Shown in pieces: positions 1 through 10,708 of a DNA stretch of 53,264 bases. A program made the position numbers and the translations under genes. The DNA is from Octopus bimaculoides (Eukaryota), in assembly GCF_001194135.2 (NCBI RefSeq), contig NC_068982.1, positions 136,982,676-137,035,939 of the forward strand, given 5' to 3'. How positions within the stretch are numbered: position 1 is the first letter of the stretch; the number at the start of each line of letters is the position of its first letter. The notes below the pieces were generated by a model. That model did not search any database, was not told the origin of the DNA, and saw nothing but the letters and a program-made list of their open reading frames with translations.

Positions 1-335
1 AATAGGACGAATTCTTTTACAAGAATTTATCAAGTAGCTAGAGTGAAAAAACCTCATAAGGGAAAAAATCCATCATTTATTCCCGAAATATATATTTATT
101 TATATTTATATAAGGGCATTACTATACAATAATGCCTCACGCTATGAGTAAAATGTGCTTTTTATGGTAGTTTGACCTTAGAGTCCCTCATAGCGTGAGG
201 CATTATTGTATAGTAATGCCCTTATATAAATGTAAATAAATATATATTTCAGGAATAAATGATGGATTTTTTCCCTTATGAGGTTTTTTTCACGCTAGCT
301 ACTTGATAAATTCTTGTAAAAGAATTCGTCCTATT
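1..335. repeat. Long inverted repeat (foldback), ~148-bp arms with a 38-bp spacer; probably cut by the window edge
   Basis: 1-148 (aataggacgaattc...cgctatgag) is the near-perfect reverse complement of 187-335 (ctcatagcgtg...gaattcgtcctatt), with only a few mismatches. Confidence 0.95.
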
Positions 336-1063
336 ATTGAATTTAGATAGATAGATAGATAGATAAATTTCATAGTAGTTTGTAATTGTTACTTTTTTTA
401 TAACAATCCAGGGTGATTAGAACTAAGATTAAGTTGAAATTAAAAGTTAACCAATTTTAGTTGCACTTTGACTTGTGCCTCTAGTGTAATTCTCTTCAAT
501 TACATATTCACTCAAGTATGCAAATTGAAAGTGAAGCTGTACTCATGCTCACAGACATGTACATTCTCATGTCTTTGAAGATAGGTTTGCACGCATATAT
601 ATGGAACTATTAATGATATACTCTTCATAGTTTGTCTTCTCCTTCTGTGTTGTACTTAGAACAGATACTATATGAAGGTAGTCGTTAGATGGTACTGACA
701 TTTGATGACTATATTATTATCTTAGCTAACAACATGAATCTCATTACAGGCAAATACTACTTCTTTCACAAATCTAATGAAGAAATCACCTACATAAATA
801 AAGGCTAACATTATTCACCTTCAGTCGTTAAATATATTACAAGCATTTTAAGTTGGCACATTTCTAAATAATGCACAGATAAACAATCTTCAAGTATCTA
901 TTTTATAACAATGCACAAGAGAGATCTAACTTAAAGGAAAATTATATACATAGAACCCACTCCAACTATATCTTGGAGATGCAAATGTAGTAAAACATTG
1001 TGGTACAATCCACCATACAGTCCTAGGCCTAACTAACGACCACTTCCCACTGACACATTTATG

Positions 1064-1368
1064 GTAAAAGGGTAAAGGGTATGAATGATCATGGGATAAA
1101 CACCTAGAAAGTTACCCTCCGAGGCACAAGTCTAGGCAAGGCTGTTTGTGCAAGACCAGCACTCGCCCATGCATACTAGCCTTCCCTTTCCATGCCGATA
1201 CAGCTTGGTACCAGTGACGTCGCAACTCATTTCTACAGCTGAGTGAAATGGAGCAATGTGAAATAAAGTGTCTTGCTGAAGAACACAATACACAGCCCGA
1301 TCCAAAAATCGAGCTTATTACCTCATGATTATGAGCCCGACATTCTGACCACTGCGTCATGCGCTTTC
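1064..1368 (-). mobile_element. tRNA-derived SINE, family D
   Basis: Homologous to copies at 7859-8200 and 10709-11052. The minus strand has a degenerate tRNA-like A/B-box head, then the core cagcaagacactttatttcac...cactcagctgtagaaatgag. Confidence 0.8.
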
Positions 1369-1645
1369 ACTATACTGTCACATATATACCACAAAATATT
1401 TCATAGAAATATAATAAAGTTATCAATAGTTGCTTACCCAATTCAGTTTCACAAATATTTTGCTGTAACAAAGAGATTACAGTGAGCGCTCACCACGACA
1501 ATTGTGTATCTTCGGATCCCACAATAATTGCCATCGAGGCTGATATATAGAGGTTATAATTTCGCTGGTGACAAGATATTAAGGATTTACATTTCCTTAA
1601 ACAGAAATACCATCAGAAATAGATTCTTACAACACGTAAGAATCT

Positions 1646-1783
1646 ATTTCGGCAAAAAGAGACCGATAAAATAAGTACTAGGCTTACAAAGAATAAGTCC
1701 TGGGGTCGAATTTCTCGACTAAAGGCGGTGCTCCAGCATGACCGCAGTCAAATGACTAAAACAAGTAAAAGAGTAACAGAGTA
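1646..1783 (+). mobile_element. SINE family A, 3' part
   Basis: Matches the 3' half of the copy at 6165-6297 (ggcttacaaagaataagtcc...ctccagcatg...aagagtaa tail). Confidence 0.85.
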
Positions 1784-2506
1784 AAGGTTTAGATGCTGCA
1801 ACATACACTCTTATGCAGAACGGCAGCTAGTAGATAAATAAAAATGACAGATAGATAAAAATGAAGTAGCAGAGTATGATAGAGGAAGATACATCAGTAT
1901 CAATGAGGTTTTTTGGTGCATCTTCAATTTTCCCATTCATCAGAGGCACCCAGCCATCATTCATCTGAGTGTCCATCTAAAGAACGGCCACAGGGTTAGC
2001 TTTACAAAACAAACAGTCTTGCAGCAAACACTTTCTCCAAAGGAAACTACCCTTACTGCTTTTTTTAAAATTGTGTCAAGTAGATGAAGGTGCAAGAAAA
2101 CTTCTTTACCCACAATTACCCAAGTATTACACCTGGGAAAACAATTAATGACACAAGAGGAAACGTAGGGATGACGCTCTTGCAAGACTTTACAGTGTCC
2201 ACCCAAGCCAAGCAGGATGCTACTACTTATGGTCCCTTCTGCATGAAGTACATGGTCTGAAATCATTCTAAGATTCGAGGAGGATAAATGGTCATACGTG
2301 TGAAACTTATAGGAAAGCATGTTAACAATAATGGTTTTCTTTAGAAAATTATGAGCATTGGAACCAAGCATCAGTATCAGATTCTCTAACGGAACTCCGT
2401 AACTTCTAAGGGAACTCCGTAAATTTTTTAAACAACATATTTTGCTGTTTCTTCCAATACAAAAGGAACAATTTTATTCCTGGGCAACGCCGGGTGCCTC
2501 TGGTAG
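1784..2506 (+). mobile_element. Degenerate Helitron: RepHel coding fragment plus 3' terminal hairpin
   Basis: Manual translation gives KGLDAATYTL..NEVAEYDRGRYISINEVFWCIFNFPIHQRHPAIIHLSVHLKNGHRVSFT..TTLTAFF, then after a frameshift CQVDEGARKLLYPQLPKYYTW..DALARLYSVHPSQAGCYYLWSLLHEVHG..TYRKAC..HW. This matches the Helitron region between the Rep and helicase domains. It ends in cctgggcaacgccggg (2479-2494) + tgcctctggtag|t, a degenerate hairpin/CTRR terminus. Confidence 0.9.
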
Positions 2507-2712
2507 TGTGTATGTATGTATATATGTATGTATGTATATATTTTGTTGTGTCTTGGGAGGGTCATTACGCCAATAATAATGCACGCTCTGACGTATGGAT
2601 CATCCCAAGACACAGCAAGATTTGTTTCAACGCATGAATTCACATCTCAAAAATCTTGCAAGCCAAGTGCATAAATAAAGTATATAAGTGTGTGCGTGGG
2701 TGTGTGTGTGTG

Positions 2713-2748
<36 letters not shown>

Positions 2749-3350
2749 CTATCCTCATTTAAAGTCTATGTTCAATGTAAAACTAAATGAAATAGCTGTG
2801 TGCGTGTGTGTATGTATATGTGTGTATGCGTGTATGCATGCATATGTGTGCATGGATGTGTTTTGTGTCTGCACAAATTCATAGACAGATTCCGTTGATG
2901 AGAACATCCAGAATTAATTGCATCAGCTTGCACAACATTAAGACCAGGGAATATTCACTTCACTAAAATAACTCAATGCTGAATAGCAGATTCTTTCAAT
3001 GCAAATGAGACTCTACATTTCGCACCATACTGCTTTATTACAGACTTTTTGATGTGAAATAATTTTAATAATGATGCCCTGCAGAATTTATTTATTTCTT
3101 CATTTATTTATTTAGGAATGTTTTTGTTGTTGTTTTTTTGTCTCTTTTTTATGCATTTATTTTCATAGGAGTTCGTCAAAAGCTATAGGTTGTCATTAAT
3201 TATTTCTGAACATGTCGTTACCTTTCCCTTGTAGTTTTGCTGACAGAATCATCTCATTATTTAAGTTTTAACTTTTGACGTCTTCTATAAAAGCAGAAAG
3301 ATCAATTCCGTTCTTTATATGCTTACTTATGTCATCATCATCATCATCAT

Positions 3351-3925
3351 AGTGGAGGCACAATGGTCCAGTGGTTAGCGCAGTGGACTCGTGGTCGTAG
3401 GATTGCGGTTTCGATTCCCAGACCGGGTGTTGTGAGTGTTTATTGAGTGAAAACACCTAAAGCTCCATGAGGCTCCAGCAGTNNNNNNNNNNNNNNNNNN
3501 NNNNNNNNNNNNNNNNNNNNNNNNNNNNNNNNNNNNNNNNNNNNNNNNNNNNNNNNNNNNNNNNNNNNNNNNNNNAGTGGAGGCACAATGGTCCAGTGGT
3601 TAGCGCAGTGGACTCGTGGTCGTAGGATTGCGGTTTCGATTCCCAGACCGGGTGTTGTGAGTGTTTATTGAGTGAAAACACCTAAAGCTCCATGAGGCTC
3701 CAGCAGTGAGTGGTGGCGAGCCCTGCTGTACTCTTTCACCACAACTTTCTTTCACTCTTACTTCCTGTTTCTCTTGTACCTGTATTTCAAAGGACCAGCC
3801 TTGTCACACTCTGTGTCACGCTGAATCTCCCCGAGAACTTCGTTAAAGGTACACGTGTCTGTGAGTGCTCAGCCACTTACGCGTTAATTTTATGAGTAGG
3901 CTGTTCCGTTGATCGGAGTTCCACG
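3351..3925 (+). mobile_element. tRNA-derived SINE, family E, with an artefactual duplication across an N-gap
   Basis: Has a tRNA-like head (ggtccagtggttagcgcagtggac...ggtttcgattccc) and is homologous to 15217-15415 + 16090-16252. Bases 3351-3482 are repeated identically at 3576-3707. Confidence 0.85.
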
Positions 3926-4473
3926 AAACTTATATCATCAGAATTTTATAGATGAAATTCTTTATAATTATATATTCTTTTCTTTTATTCATCTGTTTCA
4001 GTCATTTGACTGTGGCCATGCTGGAGCACCGCCTTTAGATGAACAAATCAACCCCAGGTGAACCGATTCAGGTTCCTTAGTAGCAGAAATGTTATGGCAA
4101 CACCTTGCTTTGGTTTGATTATATCCTGAACAGCATATTTCTGAGAATCCTTTCTGCCTATTTTATTCCCCCCACATGTGTAACATAGGGATGCAGAAAT
4201 GAAACATCAACCTAAAATGTCACGAGGAATGCTTCTCTTCCTTCACTAACTTAATAACGATGTTCTTAAGTAGAAAGCAATCCAGAAAGGCCAATGTATG
4301 TGTGAAGGAATTACATGTATACACAGCGTGGAGATTGATCATCACTTGAATGTACCATATCCAACTGAGTGTCAATGGGAATTGACAGTTATCCTTCTTG
4401 GTGGATGGAAATACTGTTTAGTGGTGTTTTTCTTTTACGTTTGCAAATCGCAAATCTATAATTTCATATTATA

Positions 4474-4510
<37 letters not shown>

Positions 4511-5527
4511 NNNNNNNNNNNNNNNNNNNNNNNNNNNNNNNNNNNNNNNNNNNNNNNNNNNNNNNNNNNNNNNNNNNNNNNNNNNNNNNNNNNNNNNNNN
4601 NNNNNNNNNNNNNNNNNNNNNNNNNNNNNNNNNNNNNNNNNNNNNNNNNNNNNNNNNNNNNNNNNNNNNNNNNNNNNNNNNNNNNNNNNNNNNNNNNNNN
4701 NNNNNNNNNNNNNNNNNNNNNNNNNNNNNNNNNNNNNNNNNNNNNNNNNNNNNNNNNNNNNNNNNNNNNNNNNNNNNNNNNNNNNNNNNNNNNNNNNNNN
4801 NNNNNNNNNNNNNNNNNNNNNNNNNNNNNNNNNNNNNNNNNNNNNNNNNNNNNNNNNNNNNNNNNNNNNNNNNNNNNNNNNNNNNNNNNNNNNNNNNNNN
4901 NNNNNNNNNNNNNNNNNNNNNNNNNNNNNNNNNNNNNNNNNNNNNNNNNNNNNNNNNNNNNNNNNNNNNNNNNNNNNNNNNNNNNNNNNNNNNNNNNNNN
5001 NNNNNNNNNNNNNNNNNNNNNNNNNNNNNNNNNNNNNTATATATACATATATATATATACATATACATATTTTATATGGATATATATGCACATGTGTATG
5101 AGCAAGTGTATATACAGAAATACGTGCATGCATACATACATATACACGTACATATACACGTACATACACACGTACATACATACACACATACACTCATACA
5201 TACATTTACTTTATGTACATATATTTTGTAGGTCATCATTTTAACATCCGCTTTCAATGCCAGCGCTGCTTGACGGAATCCAATGACAGGTTTCCTTTAG
5301 CCAGCTGACCTTCCTGTTGTTCTCCTTTATCTCTTTGCAAGCAAAGAAAAGTAATATTTGTCCATGGTTTGATACATATTTCTACAGAAAGTTAGAAATA
5401 GAGGTTATAACTTGTATGGTGGTGACACTCATTTACAATTATCACACATACAGCGTGGCGCCGAACAAGCTCTGAACAAATTTTAGCAGACTATAAATAG
5501 CATACAACATATTATAATGTTATACGG

Positions 5528-6297
5528 AGGCGCAGGAATGGCTGTGTGGTAAGTAGCTGGCTTACCAACCACATAGTTCCGGGTTCAGTCCCACTGGGTG
5601 GCATCTTGGGCAAGTGTCTTCTACTATAGCCTCGGGTTGACCAAAGCCTTGTGAGTGGATTTGGTAGACGGAAACTGAAAGAAACCCGTCATGTATGTAT
5701 ATATGTAGGCACAGCAGTGGCTGTGTGGTAAATAGCTTGCTTACCAACCACATGGTTCCGGGTTCAGTCCCACTGCGTGGCATCTTGGGCAAGTGTCTTC
5801 TACTATAGCCTCGGGCTAACCAAAGCCCTGTGAGTGGATTTGGTAGATGGAAACTGAAAGAATCCCGTTGCGTATGTATATATGTAGGCACAGGTGTGGC
5901 TGTGTGGTAAGTAGCTTGCTTACCAACCACATGGTTCCGGGTTCAGTCCCACTGCGTGGCACTTTGGCCAAGTGTCTTCTACTATAGTCTTGGGCCGACC
6001 GAAGCCTTGTGAATGGATTTGGTAGACGGAAACTGAAATAAGCCCGTCGTATATATGTATGTATATATATGTGTGTGTGTGTGTTTGTGTATCTGTGTTT
6101 GTCTCCCTGGCATTGCTTGACAACCGATGCCGGTGTGTTTATGTCCCCGTCACTAAGCGGTTCGGCATAAGAGACTGATAGAACTAGTACTAGGCTTACA
6201 AGAAATAAGTCCTAGGGTCGATTTGCTCGACTAAAGGCGGCGCTCCAGCATGGCCGCAGTCAAATGACTGAAACAAGTAAAAGAGTAAAAGAGTAGA
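5528..6297 (+). mobile_element. SINE family A with three tandem 5' units (179-bp period)
   Basis: Units start at 5528, 5707 and 5886 (aggc..gg.tgtgtggtaa.tagc..gcttaccaaccac..gttccgggttcagtcccactg). Only the third continues into the internal microsatellite and 3' tail. Confidence 0.9.
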
Positions 6298-6489
6298 GGT
6301 TAAACTGATGCCAACACGAAAAACAAACGTTAAATGATGGTGATGATGATGATGATGATGATGATGGTGATGGTGATGATGCTGATGATGATGCTGATGA
6401 TGATGATGATGATGATGATGACGACGACGACGACGACGACGATGATGATGATGTTGATTTGACATACATGAAATTTTATCTTTTGTTTC

Positions 6490-6910
6490 TCTTTCAGATA
6501 AATCGATATATTAGATTTTCTGACACAGAGAATGTAAAAGCTCCCTGTTCTCATAGCTCTATCAGCCAGCCACAGGTGTCTCGGAATTCACCAGCTTCTT
6601 GGGTGATTCTGAGCCTTTTCTGTTCATAGTCAAGATGGAGCAGGAGGCTATTGCTGGAGACAATTTATAGCCAAATGAAAGAAACATTATCTGTGGTCAG
6701 ACTTCATCAAAATAACCAAGTTTGTTGACCAAGCCCATGACATCATTAACGTCAACCCTAGCATGTTGATGAAGGCCTCATAGAATTTCAAGGTGACGGA
6801 GTCTAACAGTGGACTATTAAACACACAGTGCACAAGGACATCAAGTGTAAATCCCGCATGATGAGAAGGGAACAGTTTATGTCCAGCAACGTCCAGAAAA
6901 AAAGGGGTGC
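6490..6910 (+). pseudogene. Probable piggyBac-like transposase relic
   Basis: Fragments in different frames, FQINRYIRFSDTEN and HVDEGLIEFQG...QWTIK, resemble the piggyBac motifs RFxxIxRxLHFxDN and IDExMIxFKGR..QY, in the right order. Heavily frameshifted; no TIRs found. Confidence 0.45.
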
Positions 6911-6936
6911 AGTTTAATGTGTTATGTGTATCAGAG

Positions 6937-7007
<71 letters not shown>

Positions 7008-7008
<1 letters not shown>

Positions 7009-7553
7009 TGGCTCACATGGCTTCTGATCTTAATTGATTGGAAGTGTTATCATGTACATTGTTTTGTTTTGGTATAAAAGATGGGCTACAGCAAATATTC
7101 TGCTCAATACCACAGATTTGCTTTTCAGTTGTTTGACCTTAACAAGTTGAGCATGTCCCTTGGTGNNNNNNNNNNNNNNNNNNNNNNNNNNNNNNNNNNN
7201 NNNNNNNNNNNNNNNNNNNNNNNNNNNNNNNNNNNNNNNNNNNNNNNNNNNNNNNNNNNNNNNNNNNNNNNNNNNNNNNNNNNNNNNNNNNNNNNNNNNN
7301 NNNNNNNNNNNNNNNNNNNNNNNNNNNNNNNNNNNNNNNNNNNNNNNNNNNNNNNNNNNNNNNNNNNNNNNNNNNNNNNNNNNNNNNNNNNNNNNNNNNN
7401 NNNNNNNNNNNNNNNNNNNNNNNNNNNNNNNNNNNNNNNTTGTGATGCATGTGCCTGGTGTACCCTTATCAGACGGGTAATCATGATGGGTATAATGGGC
7501 TTCGTATATTTTACCCCAGTGTCACTTTGATGGCATGCACTGCTCTCTCACTC
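7008..7553 (+). mobile_element. Unclassified interspersed element embedded in (AAT)n
   Basis: Non-coding segment with an internal 274-N gap, bounded by pure (AAT)n arrays at 6937-7007 and 7554-7640. It ends ...gcactgctctctcactc(aat)n. Confidence 0.5.
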
Positions 7554-7577
7554 AATAATAATAATAATAATAATAAC

Positions 7578-7640
<63 letters not shown>

Positions 7641-7641
<1 letters not shown>

Positions 7642-7858
7642 GTTTCAAATTTGGACACAATGCCAGCAATTTGGTGGGAGGAGATAAGTTTGTTAAATCA
7701 ACACCAGTACTTAGCTGGTACCTATCTTATCAACCCTAAAAGGATGAAAGACAAGGTCAACAGTGGTGAAATTTGAACTCGGAATGTAAAGGTAACTGAA
7801 ATACTGTTGAGCATTATTTTGTCCAGCATACTAACGATTCCACCAGCTTGCTGCCTTG
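7641..7858 (-). mobile_element. SINE family C
   Basis: Shares the core ccttgtcttt.atcctttt.gggttgataag.taggtaccag with many other copies in the window. Confidence 0.75.
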
Positions 7859-8200
7859 TTGAGACCCCCTTTGGTCATGACTGACCATGGGATTGCACCT
7901 AGAAAGTTACCTTCCCAGGCAAATGTTCGGGCAAAGTTGTTTTATGGAAGACCAGCAGTCGCCCATGCCTACCGGCCTCCCCTCTCCACGCTACTAGTGT
8001 TATCCAAGAGAAAGGCAAAGGGGCCGATACAGCTTGGCACCTGTGACGTCACAGCTCATTTCTACAGCTGAGTGAACTGCAGCAACGTGAAATAAAGTGT
8101 CTTCCTCAAGAACACAACACGCAGCCTGGTCTGGGATTCGAACTCACAACCCCACGATCGTAAGTTCAACGTTCTAACCATTGAGTCATGCGTCTTCACA
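7859..8200 (-). mobile_element. SINE family D inserted into the head of a family C SINE, with an 11-bp TSD
   Basis: ttgctgccttg occurs at 7848-7858 and 8201-8211, flanking a full-length family D copy. Confidence 0.85.
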
Positions 8201-8213
8201 TTGCTGCCTTGAC

Positions 8214-8242
<29 letters not shown>

Positions 8243-8244
<2 letters not shown>

Positions 8245-8674
8245 GAACTATGATTTTCGGACAGATCGTGTAATTGAACATTGTCGGCCGGATATTGTCA
8301 TATTGAATAAGGAAGACAAATACTGTCAGATCATTGATGTAGCCATACCAAATGACATGTATGTTGTGAATAAAGAGGTTGAAAAAAATCACCAAGTACT
8401 CCGAATTGAAAGTGGAAATGGTAAGACTGTATGGAATGCCAGATGGTAATGTAAAAGCGATACCAGTGGTGATTGGAGCACTAGGCTCAATCCAATTGAA
8501 AATTCAAGGCTTCTTAAGGCGGCTGGAAATCCCATGCAAGATTGATGTCTTGGAAAAAGCAGCCTTATTGGGCACAGAGCACATCTTAAGGGAAGTATTA
8601 TCTGCCTGAGGTCCTTGTTGTGACTTGACAGATGACTGAAGACTCCAGTGAATTTTACCTACACTCTTATGAAG
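8243..8674 (+). mobile_element. 5'-truncated REL-type non-LTR retrotransposon (R4/Dong-like), endonuclease C-terminus
   Basis: WNYDFRTDRVIEHCRPDIVILNKEDKYCQIIDVAIPND..KEVEK, then after a frameshift ITKYSELKVEMVRLY..IPVVIGALG..LEKAALLGTEHILREVLSA*. This carries the PD..D..K REL motif. Preceded by (AAT)n and followed by taataa. Confidence 0.9.
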
Positions 8675-8684
8675 TAATAATCAT

Positions 8685-8822
8685 CATCATAATCGTTTAA
8701 CGTCCGCTTTCCATGCTAGCATGGGTTGGACGATTTGACTGAGGACTGGTGAACCAGATGGCTACACCAGGCTCCAATCTGATCTGGCAGAGTTTCTACA
8801 GCTGGATACCCTTCTTAACTCC
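8685..8822 (-). mobile_element. RTE-related 3'-end repeat (family B)
   Basis: Reverse complement of ...aagggtatccagctgtagaaactc...ggaaagcggacgttaaacgat, with a (GAT)n-like tail. Confidence 0.85.
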
Positions 8823-8865
8823 TCTTATTATTATAATTATAATTATAATAATAATGATAATCGTT

Positions 8866-9078
8866 TCTACTAAAAGGGACAAGGCCTGAAATTTTGGAAG
8901 AGGGGATTAGTCTATCACATCGATCCCAGTGTTTCACCGGTACATAATTTAGCGACCCCAAAAGGATGGAAAGCAAAGATGACCTCGGCAGAATTTGAAC
9001 TCAGAACATAAAGATCAACGAAATGCTATTAAGCGTTTTGTCCGGCATGCTAACAATTCAACCAGCTCACCACCTCAA
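8866..9078 (-). mobile_element. SINE family C
   Basis: Family C core and head on the minus strand. Confidence 0.75.
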
Positions 9079-9081
9079 TAG

Positions 9082-9130
<49 letters not shown>

Positions 9131-9222
9131 AAGCAGCAGTTCTTTAAGACTGATTCTGTTACTCATCAAAAACCAATTCAACAGTAATGTTAATTTTGTA
9201 CTTTGGCAAAATAAATTAAGCT

Positions 9223-9562
9223 TCAGCGTAAATGAATCAATTTTATAGCTTGATGGTGATGATAATGATGGTGATGGTGATGATGATGACGATGACGATG
9301 ACGATGATGGAGAGAAGGAGTTTGCAACTGTGACTCTTCCCTACTCGGTATCGCAACAATATCGTAAATGTTAACCATGTTTGCACAGTTGGTGGTATCA
9401 GAATATTTGTCACTTTGCAAATTGGATTTAGCTGATGCGTCATGGCTGGACGCCCTTTTATAGTGGTACCAGTTTCTGAGATGGAATGAGTTGGTTGTAT
9501 TTATTGTTGTAGTAATAGTAGAAATTTTGAAGTCATCTGGGATTAACGAGCTCTCTTCCACA
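9223..9562 (-). CDS. Candidate terminal coding exon of an unidentified host gene
   Basis: Acceptor-like ttcaatttgttttcctattattttgacatcatag directly precedes a 112-codon open frame (VEESSLIPDDFKIS...HHHQAIKLIHLR*). The other two frames close. No homology recognised. Confidence 0.25.
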
Positions 9563-9619
9563 CTATGATGTCAAAATAATAGGAAAACAAATTGAAGTAA
9601 CCAGTTACATTATCTATGT

Positions 9620-9783
9620 TTGTATTTATGTATGTGTGTATGTGTGTATGTATGTATGTATGTATGCATGTGTGTATGTATGTATGTATGTATCTATGTG
9701 CGTATGCATGTATGCATATATGTCTTATATATACATATATATGTATATAGATATATCTATATGTATATATGTGTTTATATGCA

Positions 9784-9816
<33 letters not shown>

Positions 9817-10220
9817 CTATGTATATGTGTGCATATATATATATTATATAATATACATACACACATATATACATGTGTGTACGTGTGTGTGTGTGTGTGT
9901 GCATATATGTGTTATATATACAGATATATATATGTATATAGATATACCTATATGTATATGTATACATGTGTTTATGTGCATATATGCATAAATGTATATA
10001 TATCAATATGTATATATATATATATATGTATAAATATATATGTATATGTATATATATATACATATGTATATGTGTACATGTATATATGTATATATATGTG
10101 TGTGTGTGTATATATATATTATATAATACGCATATACACATATATACATGTGTGTGTGCATGCATATGTGTGTGAGTGTGTATGTATGTGCACACGTGCA
10201 AACATGTGTGCACACGTGCA

Positions 10221-10254
<34 letters not shown>

Positions 10255-10260
10255 TGTGTG
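9620..10260. repeat. Compound (TA)/(TG)/(TATG) microsatellite field
   Basis: Read directly from the sequence; it explains all the MYVC/HTHT ORFs here. Confidence 0.98.
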
Positions 10261-10708
10261 CGTTTGTAGTGAGAATACCAGAGAAAAGCACAGGAGAAAA
10301 AATAATATCAAGACATATATATAAAAAAAAAATTTGCTGCAACAAGCTGCAAACCTAGAAAGCAAATTGGCAGACAACTGTCTCATAAAATGTAATCTGA
10401 AATGCATGTTTAGAAAGTTGGACGCTCATTGAAAAATGTATAGATCTTACATTGAACATGTATTATGAGAAATACATTATTTCTACCACAGACAGAGAAT
10501 TCCATGGACAACTATTTGCATAATAACCTGCCATTTCATCCGGTTCTACATACCATTTTTGATGATATATAAGATGCACTGTTTTTAATAAAAAGTATCT
10601 CAAACCACAATATGTCCTTTATGTGAAGTTAGACCAGTATTTCCTGCTTTAATATACAAAACATTCCTCTTCCTGAGTATGTATTGTTGAAATTGGGGTG
10701 CATCTAAT

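Noticed and set aside
1494-1539. 46-nt minus-strand exon-like segment (cag|...GTCGTG|gtgagc; LDGNYCGIRRYTIVV in one frame)
   Set aside because: Too short to distinguish from chance without transcript data.
3351-3707. Exact 132-bp direct repeat either side of a 93-N gap
   Set aside because: Identical sequence abutting a gap is a typical unmerged contig overlap (assembly artefact).
4298-5244. Long ORFs with X runs (also 7081-7530, 16686-17327, 27738-29459, 33706-34581, 43376-43777, 52000-52775)
   Set aside because: They are open mainly because they cross N-gaps and dinucleotide repeats. Only the flanks of the 33706 and 52026 ORFs carry LINE-derived peptide.
5528-5620. tRNA-like sequences (heads of SINE families A, C, D, E)
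   Set aside because: Each continues into a SINE body and tail and has no complete cloverleaf; not tRNA genes.
6196-6554. Poly-His/Ser/Ile and poly-Asn ORFs (also 6687-7016, 7449-7739, 14075-14449, 26915-27324, 35414-35695)
   Set aside because: These are translations of (GAT)n and (AAT)n microsatellites, mostly retroelement tails.
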